This document shows, piece by piece, positions 9,794 to 18,841 of a stretch of DNA of 35,633 bases (its first letter is position 1; each line of letters starts with the position of its first letter). Where the stretch lies: the IMG/VR virus record IMGVR_UViG_2541047595_000015, one strand, 5' to 3'. The position numbers were made by a program, and so were the translations under genes. Source of the stretch: a virus. Its lineage: Duplodnaviria > Heunggongvirae > Uroviricota > Caudoviricetes. The notes beneath the pieces are model-generated. The model was not told where the DNA came from, made no database searches, and saw only the letters and a list, made by a program, of their open reading frames with translations.

Positions 9794-9953
9794 TCAGCGG
9801 TTCGTCCCAGTCTGCCGGGTTTTTGCTGATTTTGCGCACCTGCTTCAGGTCTTTTACCGTCAGGCGTTTCAGTTCAACCAGCTCAATTCTGGTGCCTGCA
9901 GCAGTGGTGAAGGGATAAGACAATTTAAAAGTATCGGATGGGGTCTGTGACAT
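9618..9953 (-). CDS. Tail assembly chaperone (P2 gpE-like), upstream frame
   Basis: 111 aa; GGAG upstream of the ATG at 9953; position between tube and tape measure. Confidence 0.6.
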   Translation of the reverse strand: MSQTPSDTFKLSYPFTTAAGTRIELVELKRLTVKDLKQVRKISKNPADWDEPLIARSTGLLPEDLDNMDLADYLQLQKRFQLITGMGESNQGADAGAGAAGEMVPVSAGGD

Positions 9954-10050
9954 GATTGTGCTCCTGTGTAAGTTCAGGGCAGTATGTCGGGAGAAGCGCG
10001 TGACGGATATTAAAGGAGATTAAGAAGAAGGGGCCGGAGCCCCTGTGATG

Positions 10051-10332
10051 TCAGCAAGTGCGAAACCCCTTGCAGTTACGCAGGAAAGCGATGAGAAGCG
10101 TCTTTCCCTCAGATTTGCCGATGCCGGAGAACCAGTGGTCGGGAGGCTCCCATGCTTCAATCAAATCCGCCAGTTTGCGGGCCTTTGAACGTGTGCAGTC
10201 AATCGGGTCATTGGTTTTACGGGTATTAAAAAGGGTTTCCACCCCCGGAATATCAAGGAGGGTAAACCACGTACCATTTGACATGCCCAGTGCCGCACAT
10301 CGTCCTCCTTTATCCGTCAGTTCAACACTCAC
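10051..10332 (-). CDS. Hypothetical protein (GTG start) between tube and chaperone genes
   Basis: 93-aa ORF starting at a GTG 2 nt after the tube stop, followed by a GC hairpin (10030-10043). No recognisable motif; the coding call is weak. Confidence 0.3.
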   Translation of the reverse strand: MSVELTDKGGRCAALGMSNGTWFTLLDIPGVETLFNTRKTNDPIDCTRSKARKLADLIEAWEPPDHWFSGIGKSEGKTLLIAFLRNCKGFRTC

Positions 10333-10334
10333 CG

Positions 10335-10856
10335 TCAGCCCCCGATATTGATACGGTAGTCAGTCAGTTGATCAACACCGCCGACCCGGAAGATGTTGGC
10401 CAGATAGTCCAGTTGCAGCAGCTCTTCACCATCCAGTACCTGTCTGATATACGTGCAGGTGAAGCTACTGGAGAACTCGGCGTTCTCGTGCTGTTTGAAC
10501 GTCCCCAGCGGGTTCTTCTTGAACATAATCGTCAGGAAGGTGACCAGCGGGATTTCGTCAATCAGCCCCTGCGAGCTGTAGCGCTGGACGCTGGAACGAC
10601 ACTGCAGTGCCAGCGACCTGTACGGGTTCGCGGCAGACAGCATCGCATCGCGGTAAAAGCTGTTCCATTTGATTTCGCCTTCCAGCTTGTCAAAACCAGC
10701 CGGGAGTTCCACCTTACCCACCATCCCCAGCGCCTTGTGTTCCTGCATAATCATGGAGACATCGGGGAGTTTGACTTCCTCAGCCCGTCCCAGCAGGTTA
10801 GTACCATCCAGATAGATGTTGGCATTCGTGATGCGGTTTATCTCAATCTTTGACAT
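10335..10856 (-). CDS. Tail tube protein (P2 FII-like)
   Basis: 173 aa, directly downstream of the sheath gene; size and sequence character of the major tube protein. Confidence 0.8.
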   Translation of the reverse strand: MSKIEINRITNANIYLDGTNLLGRAEEVKLPDVSMIMQEHKALGMVGKVELPAGFDKLEGEIKWNSFYRDAMLSAANPYRSLALQCRSSVQRYSSQGLIDEIPLVTFLTIMFKKNPLGTFKQHENAEFSSSFTCTYIRQVLDGEELLQLDYLANIFRVGGVDQLTDYRINIGG

Positions 10857-12283
10857 CAGTTGCCCCCTTTCAGGGTTAACAGGTATTCCGAGGTGATCTC
10901 AGTCTCAAACGTCAGTCGCTCCAGCGGCGGTGGTGGCGTATATTTGTAGCTCAGCAACAGGTGCCCGGCGGCCAGCTCCGTCTCCGGATTGCGGGCCGGA
11001 TCAAACCAGCAACGGAAGCCCAGTACCGCACCATCACCAGTCATTTTGCGACCGTAGGCGTTGACCGACTCCGTCAGTGCATCAATCAGCGCCTGAGTAA
11101 TCGGCATGTCGATGTACTGCTGGCTGAAATAACGAATGGACTCGTTGATCACATCACCGGTGCGGCGAACGTTCTCAAAGTTACGCATATGGGTGACCGT
11201 TGGCCATGCTGCCGTCCGGTTACCCCACAGACGAAGGCCGCTGCCGTAACTGCTGAATACCGTGGTGATCCCCTGTTCGTTAAGCAGGTTCACCTCACTC
11301 TGCGGGTCATCAATCATCGCGGACAGCTGGCGCTCCACGCCGGTGATCCCCAGAATCTCCTGATTGGAGGATGACCACCAGTAGCCCTTGTCCAGATCGA
11401 CTCTGGCACGCAGACCTGCTGCACGCTGGCTGAGCGGCTCCAGACGCTCTGTGTTTGTCACCGGGTCATATACCTTCACATGCGGATAGCACAGACGGAC
11501 GCGGTCGGAGCTGGTATTGAAGTTGATGGTGCCTTCCGGGCCACGACCTGCCAGAGCCTGTGCAAAGGTGGTACCGACAGGCGCATCAATGTAGGTTACC
11601 GCGCCCAGCTTCTCTGCCATGGCGATAAGCTCAACTGCGACACTCTTCTGGGTGCAGAACACCGGCGCAATCAGAATTTTGGCGAAATAGCCGTACAGGT
11701 TGAAGCTGTCGTTAAGCAGCTTCATGCCGGTTCGGTTTCCGGCGCTGTTCACCCCGCCGATGATGTCCGCCGCAGCCACCTTCGACGGGTCCGCGTACTC
11801 ATAGCTCACCTTCACGCTGCCACCGGCCTCAATAGCCTTGCCCAGGTTCGTGAGCACACCCGCCTGCGCATCAACACGGTAGTCCGTGTTCGCCGTGTGG
11901 GTGGTGCTGCCTTCACTGTTTTTCACCACCACATTAGCGACAACCGGATGCGCCAGTCTGGCCTGCCCTGTCGATTTGTCAAAGGTAACCACCTCATCCT
12001 CGATCGCCGTTTTATGTTTCGCCGGGTCGAGGACGTTAATGACCAGAACGGTGCCTGCACCATGGTCATAAATCGCATCCAGCGCCTGCGGAATGGTAAA
12101 GCCGGTGAACTGGCTGCCAAATGCCGCTGCGTCTTTCTCAGACAGGCACTGTACCAGCGTATTGACATCCCCCATCGGGGCGGTACCAATCAGGCCAATA
12201 ACGGCAGATTTCACCGTTTTAACCGGGCGGGCTCCGTTTTCCACCTCAATGGTTTCGGGACCATGCAGATAGTTAGCTGCCAT
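10856..12283 (-). CDS. Contractile tail sheath protein (P2 FI / Mu L-like)
   Basis: 475 aa; position and size; sheath-tube gene pair. Confidence 0.85.
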   Translation of the reverse strand: MAANYLHGPETIEVENGARPVKTVKSAVIGLIGTAPMGDVNTLVQCLSEKDAAAFGSQFTGFTIPQALDAIYDHGAGTVLVINVLDPAKHKTAIEDEVVTFDKSTGQARLAHPVVANVVVKNSEGSTTHTANTDYRVDAQAGVLTNLGKAIEAGGSVKVSYEYADPSKVAAADIIGGVNSAGNRTGMKLLNDSFNLYGYFAKILIAPVFCTQKSVAVELIAMAEKLGAVTYIDAPVGTTFAQALAGRGPEGTINFNTSSDRVRLCYPHVKVYDPVTNTERLEPLSQRAAGLRARVDLDKGYWWSSSNQEILGITGVERQLSAMIDDPQSEVNLLNEQGITTVFSSYGSGLRLWGNRTAAWPTVTHMRNFENVRRTGDVINESIRYFSQQYIDMPITQALIDALTESVNAYGRKMTGDGAVLGFRCWFDPARNPETELAAGHLLLSYKYTPPPPLERLTFETEITSEYLLTLKGGN

Positions 12284-12527
12284 GGGCGTCCTCCGTTTTC
12301 ACTTCGCTGTCACTGCTGCTTCTGCGCTTTGGTGACTGCACAGCCGGTGTGACGGCGGGTTTAGTATCTTCTGGTACCGGCGTCAGATGCTTCAGCGCCA
12401 CCAGTACCTTCACGTAGTCATGCTCCTCCGGCAGGGAAACCGTCTTCCCCGGCCAGAGCAGGATTTCGGTTCCGTCCGACAGCGTGACGCCGCTGGCCGG
12501 GCCGGAATAGCGGTATTCTTTCATCAC
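12273..12527 (-). CDS. Small hypothetical protein upstream of sheath
   Basis: 84 aa; translationally coupled to neighbours; proline/serine-rich C-terminus. Confidence 0.4.
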   Translation of the reverse strand: MMKEYRYSGPASGVTLSDGTEILLWPGKTVSLPEEHDYVKVLVALKHLTPVPEDTKPAVTPAVQSPKRRSSSDSEVKTEDAHGS

Positions 12528-12988
12528 TCGCTTTCCTCATAGTTCACTTCGGTTAACAGCGGGCCGGACGGTAAATCGCTGTCTTCGATAAAGATGCTTT
12601 CAGTCGCGAAGTCGAGGGCGTATTGCCACAGCCCCCTGACTTCACCGATAAACACCTCGCGGGTCAGCCAGATACGGCAGCGGCACCCGGGCGGGGTGTG
12701 GCCACCGAGAATGCGGCGGACAGCATCCAGGACATTAATCGCCCCTTTTTTACCGTTGAGCTGGCGGAAGACCACCGTGACGCAGAGCTGGATAGTCTGA
12801 GACTGGATCACCGCACCGGTATCATCCGGCCTGTCAAAGCGCGAACCGGCATAGCTCAGCAGCAACGCGCCAACCGGATGGTTCAGGCGATATTCAGCCG
12901 GTTTCTCCGGGAAGTACTCCACCTGCAGTTGCGGCAGCTTCTCGCGTAACCGGGCCAGCACCGCATCAAGGACGGGCAGAACGTTCAT
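12524..12988 (-). CDS. Mu gp37-like head-tail joining/completion protein
   Basis: 154 aa; position between head and tail modules; resembles the DUF1834-type Mu gp37 family (from memory). Confidence 0.5.
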   Translation of the reverse strand: MNVLPVLDAVLARLREKLPQLQVEYFPEKPAEYRLNHPVGALLLSYAGSRFDRPDDTGAVIQSQTIQLCVTVVFRQLNGKKGAINVLDAVRRILGGHTPPGCRCRIWLTREVFIGEVRGLWQYALDFATESIFIEDSDLPSGPLLTEVNYEESE

Positions 12989-13434
12989 CAGTATTTCTCC
13001 AGTAAACCGTCACGACCGCCGAAAGTGGCCGGGCGACTGCGTACACGAAACTCGCCAGGCTCAGGCACATCTTTCTGAGTGGACGGCAGCCCCAGCGTGA
13101 GCCTGTTATCACGTAACTCCCTGAGTTGCCGCAGCGCTTCTTTGTGGTCATCCTTCACCGTATCCGGGAGGTCACCTTCCGGGCGGCGGGCGTAGAGCCG
13201 GTAACGGACCAGCGTGATGGCAATGTCCCGCAGAACAGTCGGTATCTCTGCCAGTGGCAGGATATAGCGTCCGCGCAGATGGGCATCAATCAGCTCGTCG
13301 GCATAGCGGATACAGCTGTCCACCACACGGGTATTCACTGTTGCAGGCGAGTCGAAGTCCATCTCTTCACTGGTGAGTTCGATAAGCGTCCGCTCCGGCA
13401 CCTGCGCAAGCAAATCCTCCAGGGTGCAGTACAT
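12988..13434 (-). CDS. Mu gp36-like protein (DUF1320-like)
   Basis: Start placed at the internal ATG at 13434 (MYCTLEDLL...), 1 nt after the upstream gene stop. The longer track ORF (to 13596) would overlap the preceding gene by about 160 nt. Confidence 0.5.
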   Translation of the reverse strand: MYCTLEDLLAQVPERTLIELTSEEMDFDSPATVNTRVVDSCIRYADELIDAHLRGRYILPLAEIPTVLRDIAITLVRYRLYARRPEGDLPDTVKDDHKEALRQLRELRDNRLTLGLPSTQKDVPEPGEFRVRSRPATFGGRDGLLEKY

Positions 13435-13435
13435 G

Positions 13436-13774
13436 TCACACCCCGCGCAGGATACGAATGACGTCGCCTTCACCCCCGGCTTCATCAAGTGCAATACCAC
13501 AGGATTTACCGTCGCCGGACTGCGGCACGGCTCTGGCCTGAGCATCTGACTGAACAGCCACACCACGGCTGACAGCGGCCCCGGCCTCGACAGCAATAAT
13601 GCCCAGAACGCTCACCGGCGTGCTGTCGCCGGTAACAGCATCCACTTCGGCAACCCCGAGCGCTGCGGCACCGGCTTTACAGGGGGTATTATCTGCCCCG
13701 ACAAAACGCTGCTGTGCCAGTGCTGCCCCTGCCGTTACGGTTGTGATCAGAATGACCTGCTGAGTGGTTCCCAT
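13436..13774 (-). CDS. Small Ala/Gly-rich head-associated protein (DUF2190-like)
   Basis: 112 aa; immediately downstream of the major capsid gene; Ala/Gly/Val-rich composition typical of small head decoration-like proteins in Mu-like phages. Confidence 0.45.
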   Translation of the reverse strand: MGTTQQVILITTVTAGAALAQQRFVGADNTPCKAGAAALGVAEVDAVTGDSTPVSVLGIIAVEAGAAVSRGVAVQSDAQARAVPQSGDGKSCGIALDEAGGEGDVIRILRGV

Positions 13775-13783
13775 AACGCCTCC

Positions 13784-14737
13784 TTATTTACTGATACCGG
13801 TAATGAGATACCCGGCATCGCCACCAACCACGGCGACTTTGTAGATATCGGTATAACGGCAGTACTTCACCTTGCCACCGGCTCCGTCGTATTTGTCGGC
13901 AACAGGCATCCCCTTACGACGCAGGGTGTAGCCGAAGGACGGCTCGTTCTCGTCCGCGCTGTCCGCCCCCGGCTGCGGTTTGCCGACATAGTGCAGCATC
14001 AGATTGTCTCCCCAGATATCCGCCGGCACGCTGTTCTTATCCATTGCCGCTTTCATGGACGGCAGGGAGACTGGGGCACCGATGACGATCTCTTCGATCT
14101 GAAAGAGGTCCTGCAGGATTTCTGTGGTGATGCGCTTGCGTTCGTTGGCTCCGATGGCGGCCTGAATCGCCGGGTGGAACTTCAGCAGCGCCATCACGCC
14201 GGCCCCCATGGTCATCAGGTTAGGACGCAGCCCCGTGGCCGTACGGACCGCTTCCATACCGGCTTCAATCACCCCGATGGGGTCCCCCTTACCACCGGCC
14301 CAGCGATCACTGGCTGTCAGTTTTTTGACGTGCCCGGTACGGTAGACCTTTTCATCCTGAGCCAGACGGGCAGCGATAAGTTCACGGCGCAGGTTCACGC
14401 CATTCGTGGCGCGACGGATGGCCTTGCTCTCTTCGTTAAACATGGACTCCGCCTGCTCGCGATAGTCCACCGGCGCAGCCAGATCGTGTTCACCCAGCAC
14501 CAGGTCCAGCGTGCCTGTTTTTTCACGGACCAGAACATTGCTGTCCGCCCCGACGGCACGCTCGGTGTCATATTCCACAAAGGCGGTTTTCCCGAAGGTC
14601 GGTACACGCACGCCTTCCTTGTCCGTCAGCACGACGGGGAAAATACGTTCGCCGATGAATGCGGCATTTTTATAGCCACGGGCGATACTGGTCAGTACCG
14701 GATCAACGACACGTTTACCTTTTAAGTAATCAGACAT
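13784..14737 (-). CDS. Major capsid protein (Mu T-like)
   Basis: 317 aa; follows the protease/scaffold gene; sequence character of the Mu-like major head subunit. Confidence 0.85.
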   Translation of the reverse strand: MSDYLKGKRVVDPVLTSIARGYKNAAFIGERIFPVVLTDKEGVRVPTFGKTAFVEYDTERAVGADSNVLVREKTGTLDLVLGEHDLAAPVDYREQAESMFNEESKAIRRATNGVNLRRELIAARLAQDEKVYRTGHVKKLTASDRWAGGKGDPIGVIEAGMEAVRTATGLRPNLMTMGAGVMALLKFHPAIQAAIGANERKRITTEILQDLFQIEEIVIGAPVSLPSMKAAMDKNSVPADIWGDNLMLHYVGKPQPGADSADENEPSFGYTLRRKGMPVADKYDGAGGKVKYCRYTDIYKVAVVGGDAGYLITGISK

Positions 14738-14751
14738 GCTCTCTCCTTAAA

Positions 14752-15867
14752 TTACAGGCAGCGTGCGACAGCAGCCTCATAGCTGATGCCTTCTTTTTTG
14801 GACAGGGCCACTGCTTTCTGATGCAGGGCCAGACGCTCAGGATCGGCTTCCGCAAACTCTGCCACATCCACCTTCACCGTGTCGCCGACACGCTCTTTTG
14901 TGGCCTGTTCGGCGAAATTCATCACCGGCTCCCCGTCGGAGAGCAATGAACGAAAGGCGGTGGCCAGCGGTGTGCGGCTTTCCCCCTCAGCAAACTCCAC
15001 CGGCTTGTCGCCACCGGCGACGGCATCCAGCAGGGCAACCACCACGGAGGAGGCGCGGGGAGCCAGACGGCCCTCTGCGACCAGTTTTTCTGCAAAGGCC
15101 ACATTGTCCTTATGCAGTTGCTCCTGTCTGACCTGTGCATCACGCGCATCGCGATCAGCAGCCTGCTGCTTCAGGCGGCGGTTCTCCTCCTGAAGGGTTT
15201 CAATCTCTTCTTTTGTCATCGATGATTCCTCGTTACTTGCGGAAGACGGCCCCGGGCCTGTCTCACTGAATTGTGCACCTGCTGCATCCTGCGACAGTGT
15301 GTCGCGGTACGCCTCTTCGCGCAGACTGTTGAGCTGCCATTCCGGCAGGACTTTTTCTGCCTCGTCCAGACTGAAGCGGGCGATCAGAAAATCGCGCAGC
15401 TTTCCCCACAGGGAGGCATTCGTGATGGCCTGCCAGTCGGCGAACTCCACCACACCTTCTTCCTGCTCACTGAAGGACACCTGTTTCAGCCCCTTGATGG
15501 AAGGTGGCTGTGCCCCGAGAAAGCCCACATGGCGAAGGTAGAGCACGCCGGGCTTCGGATTGGACGGTGAATCCGGGAGGTAGAAAGAGGCGGACACTTT
15601 TTTGAATCGTCCGTCGGTGACCATCTCAGCAAACTGCGGGTCCAGCTGGGCAGGCTCTGCCATCAGATCGACGCCGCTGAGCGACAGGGCTTTCACCCAG
15701 CCCCACGCCGGGTCTTCCGTTCTGGGATGACCAATCACGAGTGGTGCTTCATGGACGGACGGGTCATAGGCTTTCACGCAGGCGGCAAGATCGTCTGGCG
15801 TGAACGGCAGTTTTTTGCCGTGCATATCGGTATGAGTACCGGCTTTAAAAATGTGAATGGCTGACAT
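14752..15867 (-). CDS. Head maturation protease / scaffold (Mu I/Z-like)
   Basis: 371 aa; N-terminal protease-like region followed by a charged coiled-coil region (EEIETLQEENRRLKQQAADRDARDAQVRQEQL); position upstream of the capsid gene. Confidence 0.75.
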   Translation of the reverse strand: MSAIHIFKAGTHTDMHGKKLPFTPDDLAACVKAYDPSVHEAPLVIGHPRTEDPAWGWVKALSLSGVDLMAEPAQLDPQFAEMVTDGRFKKVSASFYLPDSPSNPKPGVLYLRHVGFLGAQPPSIKGLKQVSFSEQEEGVVEFADWQAITNASLWGKLRDFLIARFSLDEAEKVLPEWQLNSLREEAYRDTLSQDAAGAQFSETGPGPSSASNEESSMTKEEIETLQEENRRLKQQAADRDARDAQVRQEQLHKDNVAFAEKLVAEGRLAPRASSVVVALLDAVAGGDKPVEFAEGESRTPLATAFRSLLSDGEPVMNFAEQATKERVGDTVKVDVAEFAEADPERLALHQKAVALSKKEGISYEAAVARCL

Positions 15868-15989
15868 TTTGCTGTCCCGCGTTATGTTGTCGGAGACAGT
15901 TTGTGAGAAATGCAGGCCCGGCGATTTTAATCTGCTTTAGAAAACATCAGGGGAGAAGGACAGGGAAAGCAATGCGGTGAACCGGAGGC

Positions 15990-16035
15990 GGTTATAAAAC
16001 AGAGGCTGTAAAGCCTTTATAAAGGTAATACAGCC
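15990..16035 (-). terminator. Hairpin plus U-tract between the G-like and protease genes
   Basis: GGCTGTA ... TACAGCC stem (16004-16035) enclosing the inner palindrome CTTTATAAAG, followed on the minus strand by CUCUGUUUUAUAA; lies in a 214-bp intergenic gap of the late operon. Confidence 0.35.
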
Positions 16036-16081
16036 CCTCATTCTCTGGCAATGATAAATCACCCGCCTGAAGAGAGAAAAC

Positions 16082-16540
16082 TCAGCGACGGGCCGCTGAT
16101 TCAAGATGGCGGACAATGGTATCGAGGATGGGGATTACCACTTCAGGCTGTAGTTCTCCATCCCCCGTCACCGGCAGGAACGGGCGGGCCGGAAGTTCAA
16201 CAGACTCATTACGCCCCGTTTTACCCCCGAACTGGTGAATGGCACCGTAAACAACGTTGGTCCCCACAACAGCCTGCCGGTCGTCATGGTCGGTTGATAC
16301 TGACCCCATCAGACGCCCGGTATCCTGCAGTGTCTGCCCGTCACGTTCTTCCGCTGCCAGCGAGGGCATCCACCCCGGACGCCCCTCATCAAGAAAGTTA
16401 AACTGTGTTTCCGCCAGCAGGGTTCCGGCGATTTTGCGCATCGCGGGCTCCAGGTCTGTGGCAGCAAGATCCAGCGCACGGAGGCTCCGGCGCAGGGATT
16501 TATCGTTAATGGTGATACTGACCAGGTTATCGGAAGCCAT
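16082..16540 (-). CDS. Virion morphogenesis protein (Mu G-like)
   Basis: 152 aa; directly after the F-like gene; resembles the Mu gpG family. Confidence 0.7.
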   Translation of the reverse strand: MASDNLVSITINDKSLRRSLRALDLAATDLEPAMRKIAGTLLAETQFNFLDEGRPGWMPSLAAEERDGQTLQDTGRLMGSVSTDHDDRQAVVGTNVVYGAIHQFGGKTGRNESVELPARPFLPVTGDGELQPEVVIPILDTIVRHLESAARR

Positions 16541-16542
16541 TG

Positions 16543-17364
16543 TTATCCTCTCAGTTCCTGTTGTGCCAGTGGCTGAAGCGTACCCTGATAGCGGGCCAGG
16601 TCGGGACGGTATGCTGCCCCCGGTGCATAAGACCAGCCGACGTCGGTGGTCACCTTCGTGGTGCCGGTATTAAAGGTGGCCACGTTCCGCATTTCGCCGG
16701 TTTTCTCTGAGACCAGTTTCAGTTCCTGGCCCATGGCAGAGCCGGAGCTGATAACCTTCAGGCCACGGGCACGTACATCCGCCGCACTCAGGGCAATCAC
16801 ACTACAGCGGCAGCGCCAGCCGTTCGGCGGGTAAAATGCCTGCCAGAACGGGTCATCCCAGCGCAGCACCAGACCATGCAGCGCCAGATGGCTCCTGCGG
16901 GTATGGCTGTCGTTGATGCCGGTATACATCCAGTACGGCCTGTCGTCGACGTTTTCCATCTGTTCCGCCCAACGACCGGCGCTGTAGAGTACGGACATAT
17001 TGGTGCGAAAGATGGTATCGAGCCGCCACGGACTGCCCTGCTGAATGGTGACCGGCTCACCCGTTACCGGGTCAGTCGTGTCACGTGGTCCCCACCATCC
17101 CTTACGCTTCAGCACCGGCTCCAGCTCCTGCCGGAACCAGCGATCGGTTTTTCCTTCATCGACAGCCTGCTGCAGTGCCCCGCGAATATCTTCCAGGATA
17201 TCCAGGCGGGTCACTTTAGCAACGGTAAAGGCGCGGGCATGGGCCTCCTGCCACATTTCTTCCCAGTCCCAGGTAATCTGATACCCTTTGGACTTCAGGT
17301 AGTTGATTGCCCGCTTCGGGGGAAGCGTCATGCAGTACGCCAGTTCAGCCGTTGTCACGCTCAT
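16543..17364 (-). CDS. Head morphogenesis protein (Mu F-like minor head protein)
   Basis: 273 aa; overlaps the portal gene 3' end by 20 nt; conserved position after portal. Confidence 0.75.
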   Translation of the reverse strand: MSVTTAELAYCMTLPPKRAINYLKSKGYQITWDWEEMWQEAHARAFTVAKVTRLDILEDIRGALQQAVDEGKTDRWFRQELEPVLKRKGWWGPRDTTDPVTGEPVTIQQGSPWRLDTIFRTNMSVLYSAGRWAEQMENVDDRPYWMYTGINDSHTRRSHLALHGLVLRWDDPFWQAFYPPNGWRCRCSVIALSAADVRARGLKVISSGSAMGQELKLVSEKTGEMRNVATFNTGTTKVTTDVGWSYAPGAAYRPDLARYQGTLQPLAQQELRG

Positions 17365-18841
17365 GCAGACGCCCCCAGATATTTGTCACAAAGAGAATGC
17401 GGGCCAGCCGCTCCTGCAGATCGTCCGTGTTCATCTGAGGGTAGAGCTCCGCCAGTTCGCCCAGCAGCTCAGACGGGTTAACCCCATTTTCGACCCGCCT
17501 GAACAGAGGTGCCAGGACGGGTTCCAGCGTGCCATTTAACGCGCCTCCGTTCATCAGAATGTCCAGCGCGTCGTCAAGCTGCTGCTGAGCCTGAATATCA
17601 GCATCAATCGCCTCGGCAAATGACAGCGGCAGCATGTTATTCTGGCGTTCCGACGGTGGTGTCTCGTCAATATCGCCGTCCTGCAGTTGGTACTCACGCT
17701 TGAAGTACTGCGGGGTCAGACGCAGACCCGCCCGGGTGAGTTTTTCGTCGCGGGTGGCACGGGTGTCATCAATGGCCTCCTGTTCCCACATGGCCCAGAC
17801 CGGACACGGCACATCGCCGAAGTTCAGGGTGACCACCGTTCTGATGACCTGATTCACTGCCGCCTGAATGATGTCCGCATCCGCATCGCGGATATCAGCC
17901 GTTACCTCCAGCCCGGCCTGTGCAGAGGCCTTGTTACTGTTCGCTTCCGTGGTCTGATTCTGACCGAGTAATGCAATGGAGATCTCACTGCGTGACAGTG
18001 TGATCAGCTCGCGAAATACCTCGCTGCTGTCTGCCTTGCCATCCGCTGCCCTGAGCTCAATACTGCTGTCATCGGGGATGGCGGCCACCGCGTCCTCCAC
18101 CATCTGCTCCATGGAGTCCAGCAGTTTTTCAATCTCTGCATCATTTGCGCCCCTCGGGTGCTTACCGATCACCCACGGGGAGCCAAACTTTTCGGCAAAG
18201 CGGAGCCAGAATTTCATCCCGCCTTTCTTGAAGGCGACCGGCCAGAAGCACATGGACAGGTCCGGGAAACCGTAAGGATTGTCATACGAGGCATCCTGTG
18301 CCGGCACCACGAATTTTGACGGTGACAGCAGCTCACCCTCCACACCCGCATCACGCGCCCGGAAGCGCAGGCAGTTGTCCGTATCAAACTGAAACCACTC
18401 AGGCGGTTTGCCGACAATATCCGTCACCGCCCACGACCTGACCGAACGGCCCCACATGATTTCACAGGGCTGATACCCGTAGAGCACGGCATCGCTCATT
18501 TCACCGATGATGCGGGACAGATCCAGATCGTCGAGCATGTCGCGGATGAAACGGAAGACCCGGGCAGAGGCGTGACCACGCTCCAGTCCACGCTCCAGCG
18601 ATTTGAGCGCTGCTTTACGTCTGCGGATACAGCCCCCGACCAGCGGGTCGGTGCGCAGTTCGCGGTAGATACGGATATCCCGTCCCTGAGCCTTGAGAAT
18701 GGGATCAGGATTGGGCAGATACATGCCCAGTCCGTAAAAGTCGATCGCGCGGCTGCGGGAGGCAATCTGCGCGGTCAGTGATTTCTGAGGCTCAGAAAAA
18801 GCAACAAATTCATCGGGTGAAACCCAGATACCCCTCGCCAT
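17345..18841 (-). CDS. Portal protein (Mu gp29-like)
   Basis: 498 aa; follows the large terminase with a 1-nt overlap; size typical of Mu-like portals. Confidence 0.8.
   Translation of the reverse strand: MARGIWVSPDEFVAFSEPQKSLTAQIASRSRAIDFYGLGMYLPNPDPILKAQGRDIRIYRELRTDPLVGGCIRRRKAALKSLERGLERGHASARVFRFIRDMLDDLDLSRIIGEMSDAVLYGYQPCEIMWGRSVRSWAVTDIVGKPPEWFQFDTDNCLRFRARDAGVEGELLSPSKFVVPAQDASYDNPYGFPDLSMCFWPVAFKKGGMKFWLRFAEKFGSPWVIGKHPRGANDAEIEKLLDSMEQMVEDAVAAIPDDSSIELRAADGKADSSEVFRELITLSRSEISIALLGQNQTTEANSNKASAQAGLEVTADIRDADADIIQAAVNQVIRTVVTLNFGDVPCPVWAMWEQEAIDDTRATRDEKLTRAGLRLTPQYFKREYQLQDGDIDETPPSERQNNMLPLSFAEAIDADIQAQQQLDDALDILMNGGALNGTLEPVLAPLFRRVENGVNPSELLGELAELYPQMNTDDLQERLARILFVTNIWGRLHERDNG

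Noticed and set aside
12988-13596. 202-aa form of the gp36-like ORF
   Set aside because: It would overlap the upstream gene (13436-13774) by about 160 nt in another frame; the internal ATG at 13434, 1 nt after that gene's stop, fits the coupled operon pattern.
11480-14725. Plus-strand ORFs 11480..12352 and 13991..14725 opposite the sheath and major capsid genes
   Set aside because: Antisense to strongly supported structural genes; Arg/His-rich nonsense translations.
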